64,000 nucleotides of DNA from Octopus vulgaris (GCA_951406725.2 OX597818.1:142414001-142478000); one strand, 5' to 3'. Positions 1 through 12,139 are shown, numbered from the stretch's first letter. A program made the numbers and translations. Notes: a model not told the origin generated them from the sequence alone.

Positions 1-492
1 AAGAAAGAAAGGAAAAAGGAATGAAAGAAGAAGGGAAAATCAGACATAAATGAAAGGAATGAATCTTTTGTAATATCCATGGCTTTTTAACAGAATCTAA
101 GATTAGTTCTGGTCACTGAATTTTCTCACTTCAATGGACTTTCAGTTTCATTAATGCCATGGCGAATAAAAAAAAAAAAAAAAAAACAGTCCAGAATTAG
201 TTATTGCAGTTATTGATGATGATGATATTCACAAACATGACCCGGAGACATTTCTCAGCATAAACTAATGGAAAATTGTTGACATGGAAGTTTTTCTTTT
301 TATCTTTTATCTATTTTTTTTTTTACTTTTTACTTTTTCAAAATAACAATTGGAAAGATAAATTGAAATTTAATACCAGACTACTTGTTACTTTTGTTGA
401 CCAGTCCCAGGAAAAGTCTGATCAAATAAACCTATAACCAATGACATTCTATCCATGACCATCCAAACTAGTTTATCCAAGATCCAGGATCA

Positions 493-898
493 TACTCTTA
501 CTCTTCTATTTGTTTCAGTCATTTGACTGCAGCCATGCTGGAGCACCGCCTTTAGTCGAGCAAATCAACCCTGGGACTTATTCTTTGTAAGCCCAGTACT
601 TATTCTATCGGTCTCTTTTGCCGAAACGCTAAGTGATGGGGACGTAAACACACCAGCATCGGTTGTCAAGCAATGCTAGGGGGACAAACACAGACACACA
701 AACACATACACACACATATATATATAAATACATATATACGACAGGCTTCTTTCAGTTTCCATCTACCAAATCCACTCACACAAGGCATTGGTCAGCCCAG
801 GGCTATAGCAGAAGACACTTGCCCAAGATGCCATGCAGTGGGACTGAACCCGGAACCATGTGGTTGGTAAACAAGCTACTTACCACACAGCCACTCCT
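493..898 (-). mobile_element. tRNA-derived SINE, family A (full length, internal TA/CA microsatellite)
   Basis: Reverse complement gives the head AGGAGTGGCTGTGTGGTAAG (A box)...GGTTCAGTCCC (B box), a CORE-like CTTGGGCAAGTGTCTT segment and the tail GCAGTCAAATGACTGAAACAA. Near-identical to copies at 18674, 46633 and 55825. Confidence 0.9.
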
Positions 899-919
899 AT
901 CTTGGTTGGGCTTCATGAG

Positions 920-1270
920 CAAAGACTTACAGGTTTGCTGATGTCTGACAAGTCTAATTCTGGGCAAACATGGGAACGGAAGCTGCTCAGTGTTCTTGTT
1001 TTTCCTCCTTTTTTCTCTCGTCTGCAAGGATGGTTCTGCAGGTGTCTTCAAGGGACACCATTGTCCAATAACAGTGAGAATCTAGGGCTCATGGTCAGCT
1101 GCAAGGACAGACCATTGGTGGAGATCAATGTAGCAGGTAACCAATAGAGAGAGAAAGGCCCTACATGTGATAACAGCTGTTTGATATTATTCCACAAGTT
1201 GCACAAATCAGCAATGTTTGGACCCTGCATAAGTGTGTACAGCATGGTCTCAAAGCTCTGAATGCACATC
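920..1270 (-). mobile_element. Decayed RTE-clade LINE, C-terminal fragment
   Basis: Minus-strand translation gives CYIDLHQWSVLAADHEP and REKRRK...RIRLVRHQQTC, resembling the RTE C-terminal W..LA.DR..W and RIGL..H...C motifs. Contains stops and frameshifts. Confidence 0.5.
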
Positions 1271-1759
1271 AGACAATTCCACTTGATGTCACTTTGTTGC
1301 CTGCAGAAGCTATTGTGAACTGGTAGTGCCCCTCACTCAGTAGCACTGAAGACCAAGGATTTCTGGAAGTTATCCCATAGTAGTCTTCAACCTAAAAGTC
1401 CTCCAGAACAAACCAGCTAGTTTGTCCCCTTCGATGCTTAGAGTTTTTCCAAGAATGTCATTGCTCTTAGCCACTATTAGTTCTCTTCATATTGCTGAAG
1501 TGGAACTTCCACCAACCACATCATCCAAGAACATCAAAGACAACGCCTTATGGTATATGTTCCAACTCACTACACTTGAAGTTCAAATTCTGCCAGGCTC
1601 AATTTTACCTTTTATCATTTCAGATTGATAGATAAAGTATGAATCCAGGGCTGTGAATTGGTGAAAGCATCAGATGGAATATCCTGCAGTATTTGTTATA
1701 AAAGTTCTTTGTATTCAGTGTAGGTGTTACTTACACTGACACTGGTGACAAGTTGTATC

Positions 1760-2140
1760 AATCATTGCCTTTAATTTTGAACAACATTAGACATAAAGAG
1801 AGAAGACTTGTGACATAAAGAGAGAAGACATTGCTTAAACAGCAGCCATTTTCAGCTTCACACACCTGTGTTCTTCCCAAAACTTGCACCATAATATCCT
1901 CAAGAGTTTCAAACCCCACTTCTCTGATTTCTCTATTGACATTCTCATTCAGTTGCACCAGGGTCTCCAGTTTGCTGGTGTAAACACTCTCTTCAGATAT
2001 CCCCACTAATCAAATCTGGGGAACATGAAGGCTGGTTGACATTGCAGTAGTAGGAGATTATTCTCTCTCCAAAGCACTGCCATAGCAACTGCATTGTTTC
2101 TCTTGTGGTATGAGCAGTTGCTCCATCTTGCTGGAACCAT
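1760..2140 (-). mobile_element. Tc1/mariner (DD41D-like) transposase C-terminal fragment
   Basis: Minus strand encodes WFQQDGATAHTTRETMQLLWQCFGERIIS...PSCSPDL, then LETLVQLNENVNREIREV. Confidence 0.8.
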
Positions 2141-2529
2141 GTGTGAGGTATACTTTGAATGGCCTTCATGTTCCCCAGACTTGACTAACCAGGATTTTTG
2201 TCTTGTGGAGATACCTAAAAGGGTCAACAAACCGGAGACCCTGTTGCAACTGAAGAACATTAATAGAGAAATCAAAGAAGTGAGGTCTGAAACTCTTGAG
2301 AGTGTTATGGTGCAAGTTTTGGAAAGAGCACTGGCATGCGAAGCTGAAAGTGGTTGCCATTTAAGCGATGTCATTTTTCATATGAGATGTAGTGGTGTTG
2401 CAAAATTTGACTTGTGCATGTTAATTTCCATTATGTCCTTTATATTGTATCAAAATTTCATGCATTTATTTGTAAAGTTAAGGAAGTTATTAAAAATTGA
2501 AACCCATCAGTGACTTTTGGGACACCCTG
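2141..2529 (+). mobile_element. Tc1/mariner (DD41D-like) transposase C-terminal fragment with right TIR
   Basis: EWPSCSPDLTNQDFCL...PETLLQLKNINREIKEV. Ends TTTTGGGACACCCTG followed by TA. Confidence 0.85.
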
Positions 2530-2584
2530 TACCCCCAAAACAAAAAAAGAACTTGCTCAAAGCAACACTTTGGAATTCATAACA

Positions 2585-2790
2585 ATAATGGTTTCAAATT
2601 CTGACACCAGGCCAGCAATTTTGAGGGCAGGGTAAGTTGATTACATTGACCCTAGTATTCAACTGGTACTAATTTTATCAACCCTGAAAGGGTGAAAGAC
2701 AAAGTCAAACTCAGTGGCATTTAAACTCAAAACATAAAATGCCACGAAGCATTTTGTCTGACATGCTAACAATTCTGCCACTTTGCTACC

Positions 2791-2832
<42 letters not shown>

Positions 2833-4048
2833 GTTTCAAATTTTGCCACAAGGGCAGCCATTTTGGGGGCGGGGATATGTTGATTACATTGCCCCCAGTG
2901 TTCAACTAGTATTTATTTTATAATAATCCTTTCTACTATAGGCACAAAGCCTGACATTTTGGGGGAGGGGAATAGTCGATTATATAAATCCCAGTGTCCC
3001 ATTGATACTTATTTTATTGACCCCCCCAAAAGGATGAAAGGCAAAGTTGACCTCAGAGGAATTTGAACTCAGAATGTAAAGACAGACAAAATGCCACTAA
3101 GCATTTTGTCTGGCATGCTAACAATTCTGCCATTTTTCTGCCTTAATAGTAATAAAAGTAATAATAATAATAATAATAATAATGATTTCAAATTTTGGTA
3201 CAAGGCCAGCAAGTTCAGGGGAGGGCTTGCAAATTACATCAGCCCCAGTGCTCAACTGGTCCTCACTTTATCAACCCTGTAAGGATGAAAGGCAAAGTGA
3301 ATCTCAGCAGAGTATGAACTCAGAATGCAAAGACAGATGAAGGGCCACTAAGCATTTTGTCTGACATGCTAATGAGTCTGCCAGCTCACCACCTTAATAA
3401 TAATAGCTTCAGATTTTGGTACAAAGCCAGAAATGTTTGGAGGGGAAGAGGAAGGTTGATTAAATCAACCCCTGTACTTGGCTGGTACTTCATTTTATCA
3501 ATTCCAAAAGGTGAAGTCAACCTCAACAGCATTTGAACTCGGAACATAAAGAGTTGAAAAAGTGCTTCTCAAGCATTTTGTCCAGCGTGCTAATGATTCT
3601 ACCAGCTCATCACCTTAATAATAATATTAATAATAACGATAATAATAATAATAATAATCCTTTCTACTATAGGCAACAGGCCTGGATTTTGTGGGAAAGG
3701 GACAGTTGATCACATCAGTCCCAGTACTCAAATGGTACTTGATTTATTGACCCCAAAAGGATGAAAGGCAAAGTCAACCATAGCAGAATTTGAACTCAGA
3801 TTGTAGCAACTGATGAAATACCTATTTCTTTACTACTCACAAGGGGCAAAATACAGAGAGGACGAACAAGGACAGACAAACAGATTATATCGACCACAGT
3901 GTGTAACTAGTACTTATTTAATCGACCCCGAAAGGATGAAAGGCAAAGCCGACCTCGGCGGAATTTGAACTCAGAACATAGCAGCAGACGAAATACCGCT
4001 AAGCATTTCACCCGGTGTGCTAATGATTCTGCCAGCTCTCCACCTTAC

Positions 4049-4108
<60 letters not shown>
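2585..4108 (-). mobile_element. Tandem stack of about 7 family-B tRNA-derived SINEs separated by (AAT)n
   Basis: Repeated block GAAAGGATGAAAGGCAAAGTCGACCTCGGCGGAATTTGAACTCAGAAC...CTGCCAGCTC, mostly bounded by AAT tracts. Confidence 0.85.
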
Positions 4109-4110
<2 letters not shown>

Positions 4111-4813
4111 GATGCTGCTGATGATAAAGATGCTGCTGATGATAATGATGATGATGGTGACAATTTCTTTTATTGGCCACAAGGGCCCAAATAATAAACT
4201 GTCTATATTCATAGTTTATCACGTAGGACTGGGTGTGATAATGTTTACACATGTGCAGTAAAGGTGAGAAGAGAAAGACGGACGACAAGGAAGAAGGTAG
4301 TTTAAGAAAGAAAAAAAGAGAGAGAGAGAGAGAGAAACAATGTTTGTGTCAGTTACAGCAGTCTCAGCTTCTTCCTCTTCGTCTTTTACTTTCACTTCAA
4401 CAACACGCTGCATATTACTGCATCTGCTGCAACCACAGTTCCTCTCTATTGCTGCTGTTACTGCTGCAGTAGCTGCTTATAACTAATATCGCACAATCTT
4501 GTTGATTAACTTCCACTTGCTTTGGCACATTCCATGCCAGCATCTTAAACAGTTGTCTTGCTCAATAGTCTCAGATTAAATCCTTATAAGCTACGACACC
4601 ACATGGATGATTTATATGTTCAAATGTATAGAATGTATAGATCTGCTTATGTATACAGAGCAGCAATATTCATATATGCTGTCTCTCTTCCCAACCTTTT
4701 TGTCACTCTACACATACAGATTATATGTGTGTGTGTATGCACATGTGCATATACACACATGCATACATACATACATATACACACATACATATACACACAT
4801 ACATATATGTATG

Positions 4814-4853
<40 letters not shown>

Positions 4854-5662
4854 AACATGTATATGCACACATATTTATACACACACACATATATATATAT
4901 ATACACACATCCAAATATGAATATGAACAGATGCACATACATACACAGGCATGCACACTCATATATACACATGCATACACATGTATACACACATATATAC
5001 ACACACACACACACACATACACATATATATATAAATGCATATAGACACATCCATATGTACACATGCATACACACATACATATACACATTCATTGAAAAAT
5101 ATTTATATCTACATATATATACATATGCACATAGATACACACACACACAAATACACACACATACACACACACACATCAACCCTACAACCACTACCACCAT
5201 CTCTACTGCTTTCACTCTTATTCCACTATCACCCTTACAGCCATAACAACTGCTGTTACTATACTATTAGTACCTCTATTATCATTTCTATAGCCATTTC
5301 TACTTCATTACTATTGATAACCACCCTTACTATTCAAGACAACTAGGGAACCTCTATGTAGTCTATTGACCTGTGAGAAATAGCAGTTAAATATCCCACA
5401 AATCATGCTTTGCCATCTTTAAAAAACAAAAACAAAGTGGTAATTACAGATTAGGCAATATAGTAGTCCCTAATATTAGAGAAAAATGAGATGGTTATGG
5501 TTGGAATGTCTGATCAGAGTTCACATTCTGCCAAGGTTGACTTTGCCTTTCATCCTTTTAGAGTCAAAAAATAAGAACCAGTTGAGCCCTAGGGGTTTAT
5601 CAAATTGGCCTATCCACAATAATACCCAAAATTACTGGCCTTGTGCCAAAATTTGAAATCAT

Positions 5663-6043
5663 TAAGAAGCTTGCTTCCCAACCACATGGTTCTGGTTTAG
5701 TCCCACAACATGGCACCTTGGGCAAGTGCCTCCTGCTATAGCTTCAGAATGACCAAAGCCTTGTGAGTGATTTGGTAGGTGGAAACTGAAAGAAGCCTGT
5801 TGTATATAAATATAGATGTATAGGATTATGTGTGTGCATATCTGTGTTTGTCTTCCTGCCATTGCTTGATAACCAATGCTAGTGTGTTTATGTCCCTGTA
5901 ACTTAGTGGTTCAACAAAAGAGACCAATAGAATAAGCACTAGGCTTACAAAGAGTAAGTCTTGGGGTCAATTTCTTTGATTAAAAGCCCTTTAAGGTGGT
6001 GCTCAAGCATGGCCACAGTCAAATGACTGAAATAAGTAAAAGA
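5663..6043 (+). mobile_element. SINE family A, diverged; preceded by a partial family-B copy at about 5515-5662
   Basis: CCACATGGTTCTGGTTTAGTCCC...CTTGGGCAAGTG...GGCCACAGTCAAATGACTGAAATAAGTAAAAG. Confidence 0.85.
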
Positions 6044-6229
6044 ATGTTCTCGCTGCCATCACGACAACTACAGTCACCAAGAACCACAAACTTCATCACT
6101 GAAGTCCATAAAGTACAGTCAATTATGGTTTGGTTGACATGTACCATGCTTTTAGTAATTGTTTTAGGTGCCTGTGCAGTCATGTGTAGGCCCAGATGGT
6201 CTCTAGGTACCCTCCTCCTTGATTAAGTG

Positions 6230-6418
6230 GCATATTCAGGATATAACAGCATACAGAGTGAGAGAGAAGCACCTTACTCCTTTACTGCTGAATAGACTGG
6301 AGCAGTATGAAATGAAGGGTCTTGTTCAAGGACACAATGCCCAGTCCATTCCAGAAATTGAACCCACAATCTTACAATCACGAACCATCCATCCCTAAAT
6401 ACTAGGCCACATGCCTTC
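6230..6418 (-). mobile_element. tRNA-derived SINE family D, diverged
   Basis: Matches the reverse complement of the 48157 copy (CTGGAGCA..ATGAAATGAAG..CTTGTTCAAGGACACAA). Confidence 0.7.
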
Positions 6419-7162
6419 CATAAATCATTAACTTACCAGATATTACGAGTGGACAAAAATAGAATTTACATTTGCTTTTGAATGCCACAGAGTTAATCTC
6501 TAACACAATGATGATGACCAGTGCCATCACCACCAACGCCACTACAGACAGCATCCTGTACCAAAAACATCCCATCGGCCATAGACTAAATCTGTTGCCT
6601 GCTTTTAACACCACCTCTTGAACTTTGAGTACCTTTTACCAAAGTACACTCTGCTCCAAGTATCTGGCTCTGGTTTGAAGATACTCTCCTCTGTATCACT
6701 ACTCTTCAAAACCCAAAATAAAAGTCACAAACACTGCCCTTCTTCACGATCTGACTAAGTGATGTGTGTGAGTGCATGCACACATGAATGTGTGTGTGTG
6801 TGTGTGTGTGCACATGTGTACACATCCATCATTGTTTTCTTAAATCCAGACGTTGTCTTTTCCTGACCAGCAGATCAATTTGGAATTCAAGATTCTTGAG
6901 ATTATCATTCCTCCTCAATTGGAGTTGGTCACAATTACCATAAGGCTTTTACTCTTTTACTTGTTTCAGTCATTTGACTGCGGCCATGCTGGAGCACCGC
7001 CTTTTAGTCGAGCAACTCGACCCCGGGACTTATTCTTTGTAAGCCCAGTACTTATTCTATTGGTCTTTTTTGCCGAACCGCTAAGTGACAGGGACATAAA
7101 CACACCAGCATCAGTTGTCAAGCAATGCTAAGGGGACAAACACAGACACACAAACACACACG

Positions 7163-7190
<28 letters not shown>

Positions 7191-7195
<5 letters not shown>

Positions 7196-7553
7196 ATAAT
7201 AAAATATTAGGGAATAAATCCAAACTTACAGGGAAAAATCAAATTTAGGATTGAATCCAATTTTATAGTAAAATATTATATTATATTAAATTAGAGATAA
7301 AACCACTATTAGGTAAATCATACAATGAAAAACTTAAGCCAATACATAAGATTAATTAATTTATATTATTTAAATATATCAAATTATTAAAAAAGATAAT
7401 TAATATAACACTACGATCGTTTCATGGGTGTCAAATTCTTAAAATTTTCGAGTTACAGTCATTCTTCAGGTGGTTTAATCTTATGTATTGGCTTAAGTTT
7501 TTCATTGTATGATTTACCTAATAGTGGTTTTATCTCTAATTTAATATAATATA
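7191..7553 (-). mobile_element. Short Penelope-type terminal-repeat insertion with inverted arms
   Basis: Inverted arms at about 7277-7355 and 7475-7553, plus a tail shared with 52764-52847 and about 28760-28800. Flanked by (TA)n. Confidence 0.75.
7409..7472 (-). ncRNA. Minimal type I hammerhead ribozyme candidate
   Basis: CAC-CTGAAGA-ATG...CAT-GAAA-CGATCG-TA-GTG. Helix III is the palindrome ACGATCGT; helix II has a long loop. Confidence 0.7.
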
Positions 7554-7841
7554 TATATATACATACATACAACGGGCTTTTTTCAGTTTCCGTCTACCAA
7601 ATCCACTCACAAGGCTTTGGTCGACCCGAGACTATAGTAGAAGACACTTGCCCAAGGTGCCACGCAGTGGGACTGAACCTGGAACCATGTCGTTGGCAAG
7701 CAAGCTACTTACCACACAGCTACTCCTGCGCCTACATTTGTTTACTTTCTTTTGAAGGAAAGATAATTTCAATAAATCAAGAATTTATCTTTTATGGTAC
7801 TTGACATACCTTTCCTCATCTCTCTCTCTCTCTCCTTTTCA

Positions 7842-7872
<31 letters not shown>

Positions 7873-7874
7873 GA

Positions 7875-8298
7875 TTGTGGCCATGCTGGGGCACCACCTT
7901 TAAGAATTTTAGTCAAACAAATTGACCCCAGTAATTAACATGCTTTTGTAAAGTCTGGTACTTATTCTGTAGCCTTTTTTGCTGAACCACTAAGTTATGG
8001 GAATGTAAATACACCAACACTGGTTGTCAGGCCATGGTGGGGGACAAACAGACACAAAGACACACACGCACATGTACACACATGCATACACACACGTACA
8101 CACACATGTATTCACACTTACACACACGCATATATATGATGGGCTTCTTTTAGTTTCCATCTAGCAAATCCACTCGCAAGGCTTCGGTCAGCCTGGGGGC
8201 TATGGTAGAAGACACTTACCCAAGGTGTCATGCAGTGGGATTGAACTCAGAACCATGTAACCAGGAAGCAAACTTCTTACCATGCAGCCATTCCTGCA
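7875..8298 (-). mobile_element. SINE family A, diverged
   Basis: GGCCATGCTGGGGCACCACC...GTAGAAGACACTTACCCAAGGTGTCATGCAGTGGGA. Confidence 0.85.
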
Positions 8299-9045
8299 TG
8301 ATAATAATAATAATAATGATACTAAGTAATCCTGTGCAACATCCAGCCTCATCAGGTTGGAGAATGTTCAATGGAAGAGCAGCCACGCTCAACAGTAGGC
8401 AAGAGGAAAAGGATCAATGTTTTCAGTGCAACAGAATAGTATAAATTGTTCAGGTCGGCGCTGCATTCTTCACATTTTTCGCATATTCTAAGACATCCTA
8501 TGGTTTCAATTGAAATAACTGTTTATACATAGAATAACCTTAGGCCAAACATTGGAATCAAAGAGATGAATTTTAGTTGTGTGTGTGTGTGTCTGTGCAC
8601 GTGTGGTTCTATTAAGACTTAAATGACAGCAAAAGAGCTCAATAAATGAGTGTGATAGGTAGGTAATTGAAAGAAAGAAAGAAAGCAGGGAACTAGAAAA
8701 AGAGACTGGGAGAGAGAGAGGGGGAGGAGAAGGGAAAAGAACAGGGTAGTGAACAATAGAGGGTAGGGGAGGGAAAAAATCAATAAACGGAGGGATACAA
8801 GAGAAGTTATCCCCTAACGAGGTGAGGTGTATGAAGGCAAATAACAGAAAGGGAGAGGAATAATGTAAATACATACGTAAGTAATTGAGAATACAGTCAG
8901 GGAACACGACAGAAAAGAAGATAATTAGCAAGGAATAGAGAGAGGGGTGGAGAGGGAAAAATATATGAAATGTATATAGTATGCGAGTATGTATTTACTC
9001 AGACCACAAATGTGTGTGTCTGAGTATAAATATATGTATTTATTT

Positions 9046-9167
9046 ATTAATATTTATCAGAAGCAACAGAGTGACTCAAGGGCCGAGAGTTCCATGTGTT
9101 AGTTTGATAAGTACTAACACACAAAATCTCAGTCCTTGAGTCACTCTTTTGCCCCTGCTAGATATTA

Positions 9168-9169
<2 letters not shown>
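9046..9169. mobile_element. Palindromic MITE-like hairpin (about 124 bp)
   Basis: AGAGTGACTCAAGG pairs with CCTTGAGTCACTCT, GTGTTAGT pairs with ACTAACAC, and the ends are ATTAATAT/ATATTAAT. Confidence 0.6.
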
Positions 9170-9207
<38 letters not shown>

Positions 9208-9296
9208 TCATACACACATACATACATACAAGATCCAGGGATCGAGGTGTAAGAAGACAGTTTATATATATATATATAATTGTATATGCATATACA

Positions 9297-9500
9297 TATC
9301 ATCATCATCATCATCATTTAACGTCCGTTCTCCATGCTAGCACGGGTTGGACGGTTCGACCGGGGATCTGGGAAGCCAGAAGGCTGCACCAGGCTCCAGT
9401 CTTATCTGGCAATGTTTCTACAGCTGGATGCCCTTCCTAACACCAACCACTCCGTGAGTGTAGTGGGTGCTTTTTACGTGCCACCTGCACATACGTGCCA
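9297..9500 (-). mobile_element. SINE family C with (GAT)n tail
   Basis: (ATC)n-TTTAACGTCCG...CTGGATGCCCTTCCTAAC...GGTGCTTTTTACGTGCCA. Confidence 0.85.
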
Positions 9501-9605
9501 CCTGCATATACAAATACATATATATATGCATATATATATTCATATACAAATACATATACATATATATATATACACATATATATACACACATATATATACA
9601 CACAT

Positions 9606-9669
<64 letters not shown>

Positions 9670-9670
<1 letters not shown>

Positions 9671-9875
9671 GGCACCCATGATTCGTGGTTGTTGCTGGTG
9701 GCACATAAAAGCACCCATTACATTCCTGCAAAGTGGTTGGTGTAAGGAATGGCATATAGCCATAGAAAACATGCCAAATCAGATTGGAACCTGGCACAGC
9801 TCCCCAACTTACCACTTTTTAGTTAAACTGTCCAACCCATGCCATCTGGGAAAACAGATGTTAAATGACGACGAC
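9670..9875 (+). mobile_element. SINE family C, diverged
   Basis: GGTGGCACATAAAAGCACCC...TCCAACCCATGCC...GATGTTAAATGACGACGAC. Confidence 0.8.
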
Positions 9876-9881
9876 AATTTA

Positions 9882-10562
9882 CAAAGGTAAGTCAAAAATT
9901 ATCTGCACTTTCGCCATAAAATATCTTTATTATTGACACACTGCTTTCTGCATTGTTGTGGTCCCGTTGTTCAAGTTTGAGCCTAATTGTGCCATTTTTC
10001 TTTCTAATTTTATAGTGTAAGAATGGCCACTCCACTAGCATTGTGCACCAAGGAAGAATAAAGAGCACAATCTGATCAGCAGAGTACACTCAACAGTGCA
10101 AGATACCGTGCTTTGTTAGCCAACAGACTGAGGCCAGAAATTTGCACCAAACACCAAAGCCTATTGTCAAAAGTTTTGTTGCTGCATGACAATGCACACC
10201 AACACACAGTCGGTCAGACCATTGAAACCATTAACCAATTGGGTTTTGAGGTGCTGGAACATCCAGCCTACAGCCCAGATCTTGCCCCTTCCAACTATCA
10301 TATCTTTGGACCACTCAAAGATGGTTTATGAGGTCATCAGTTTCTTATGGATGAAAATATGAAGGCAGCAGTGCATAAATGGTTGCACAACCAATCATAA
10401 ACCTTCTTCTTGGAGGGAATACACAAGCTTGTGGACCACACTGGGCCAAGTGCATTGAAAAGGAAGGAAACTATACAGAAAGAGGACGTAGTTGTTTATC
10501 CCCTGCTTTTGTGTAAATGCATTGATAAAACAAGAATGCATATAATCTTTAACTCCCCCTCA
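9882..10562 (+). mobile_element. Internally deleted mariner (DD34D) transposon
   Basis: LLHDNAHQHT...LEHPAYSPDLAPSNYHIFGPLKDGL, with N-terminal MATPLALCTKEE. Imperfect TIRs (CAAAGGTAAGTCAAAAATTATCTGCA vs reverse complement TGAGGGGGAGTTAAAGATTATATGCA), both flanked by TA. Confidence 0.85.
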
Positions 10563-10572
10563 TATATATATA

Positions 10573-10745
10573 TCATCATCATCGTTTAACGTCCGTTTTC
10601 CATGCTAGCATGGGTTAGACAGTTCGACCAGGATCTGGGAAGCCAGGAGGCTGCATCAGGCTCCAGTCTGATCTGGCAGTGTTTCTACAGCTGGATGCTC
10701 TTCCTCACACCAACCACTCCATGAGTGTAGTGGATGCTTTTTACG

Positions 10746-10750
<5 letters not shown>
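10573..10750 (-). mobile_element. SINE family C
   Basis: Same block as 9297-9500. Confidence 0.85.
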
Positions 10751-10802
<52 letters not shown>

Positions 10803-11138
10803 ACCCACCTACATACACAACCATACATCTAAATATAAATATGTATGTATGCATACACACATGTCACACATGTGTATATTATCATAATGCCAACATCTGA
10901 AGGCATGGGTTGGATGGCGTGTTACACTCCTACATGGATTGAAGAACCATATCTTGCTCATAGGTTTGATTTTTAGGTTAGTCTTTATGGCTAGATGCCC
11001 TTCATAATACCAACCCATTTATGTAGTTTAATGGAAGCATTTTCTCTAGGCGTCAGTGTGAGAGAAAATCAGTGCTGAGAGGGTGATGTATGGTAGTAAC
11101 AAGTGGATGGTGCATGAATATCTGATGAGGTCCTTTAT

Positions 11139-11363
11139 ATTTCTTTACTACCCACAAGGGGCTAAACACAGAGGGGACAAACAAGGACAGACAAACGGAT
11201 TAAGTTGATTATATCGACCCCAGTGCGTAACTGGTACTTAATTTATCGACCCCGAAAGGATGAAAGGCAAAGTCGACCTTGGCAGAATTTGAACTCAGAA
11301 CGTAACGGCAGACGAAACGGCATTTCGCTCAGCGGTGCTAATGGTTCTGCCAGCTCGCCGCCT
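11139..11363 (-). mobile_element. SINE family B, full length with 13-bp TSD
   Basis: TGAGGTCCTTTAT at 11126-11138 and 11364-11376. Head GGCGGCGAGCTGGCAGAA...GAGTTCAAATTC. Confidence 0.9.
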
Positions 11364-11499
11364 TGAGGTCCTTTATGCATAAATCTTAAGATAACCAAAG
11401 AAGGCTAGGGTAATAAAAATGAGGAAGAGTGGTAAATGGAGTGTTGCTAATCAGTAATATTGAAGGTATTCTGAAGAGATAGATGACACATGTCACTGC

Positions 11500-11815
11500 T
11501 CTTTTTCCCAGTCCATCTACAATGAGAACATTCTAGAAGTGCTACCACAGTATCATGTTGTAAAAAAATGGATAATAATTCTTAGAGGAAGTCAAAACTG
11601 ACATTAAACAGATCAATTTAGGGGAAATGTCAAGGACTGGTGAGATACCAGCTGGGGGTTATTAAGCCTGGTGAGGATATGTTAGCTAAACTTGTGACCA
11701 TACTAATTGTTAATGTGCAGAATGGTTCGCCAGTTTCACAGGACTAGAGAGATGCAATACTGGTTTCAAAGTACAGGGGAAAAAAAGGGCCAAATCAAAC
11801 TCTGCCAACCACCTT
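11500..11815 (+). mobile_element. Decayed RTE-clade reverse transcriptase N-terminal fragment
   Basis: LEEVKTDIKQINLG...GEIPAG..KPGEDMLAKL...VSQD*RDAILVSKYRGKK resembles the RTE EV..AIKQ..GK..G.D.IPAE / VPQDWRDA.LV.LYK.KG region. Confidence 0.7.
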
Positions 11816-12139
11816 AGAAGCAGATTCAGTATGGCATAAAATGTGCCAAAACCAATCCTTTGAATTACAGTTAGCCCAGTAATTCACCAATTTCGTTCAT
11901 AAGGTTTTCTTGATCCACAGCTAAGGAAAAAGATACTTGTCTAAGGTGCCATGCTGTGAGACTGAACCTGGAAGCACATGGTTAAAAAACAAAAATCTTA
12001 ACCACTCAGCCAAATGCTAAACATATCCTATATTTTTAGCAATGCAATGTAACACAACACAACACTACTTACCTACCTATCTGTCTCTCTGTCTATCTAT
12101 CTATCTATCTTTCTACACAAACATACACACACATGCAGA

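Larger units (their letters stand above)
6946..7732 (-). mobile_element. SINE family A interrupted at its internal (TA)n by a PLE-type insertion
   Basis: The 3' half (6946-7190) and 5' half (7555-7732) match the family consensus. Confidence 0.9.

Noticed and set aside
663-941. Recurrent ORF MSxNARGTNTD...KLLTTQPLL (also 18600, 46775, 55820)
   Set aside because: Antisense reading of SINE family A, not a gene family.
4558-5346. His/Thr/Tyr/Ile- and Cys/Val-rich ORFs (also near 9.4, 12.5, 24.0, 30.1 and 35.9 kb)
   Set aside because: (CA)n/(TA)n microsatellite artefacts.
8321-8360. CTGATGA-GGCTG..CAG hammerhead start on the minus strand
   Set aside because: No GAAA or helix III follows. At most a truncated remnant.
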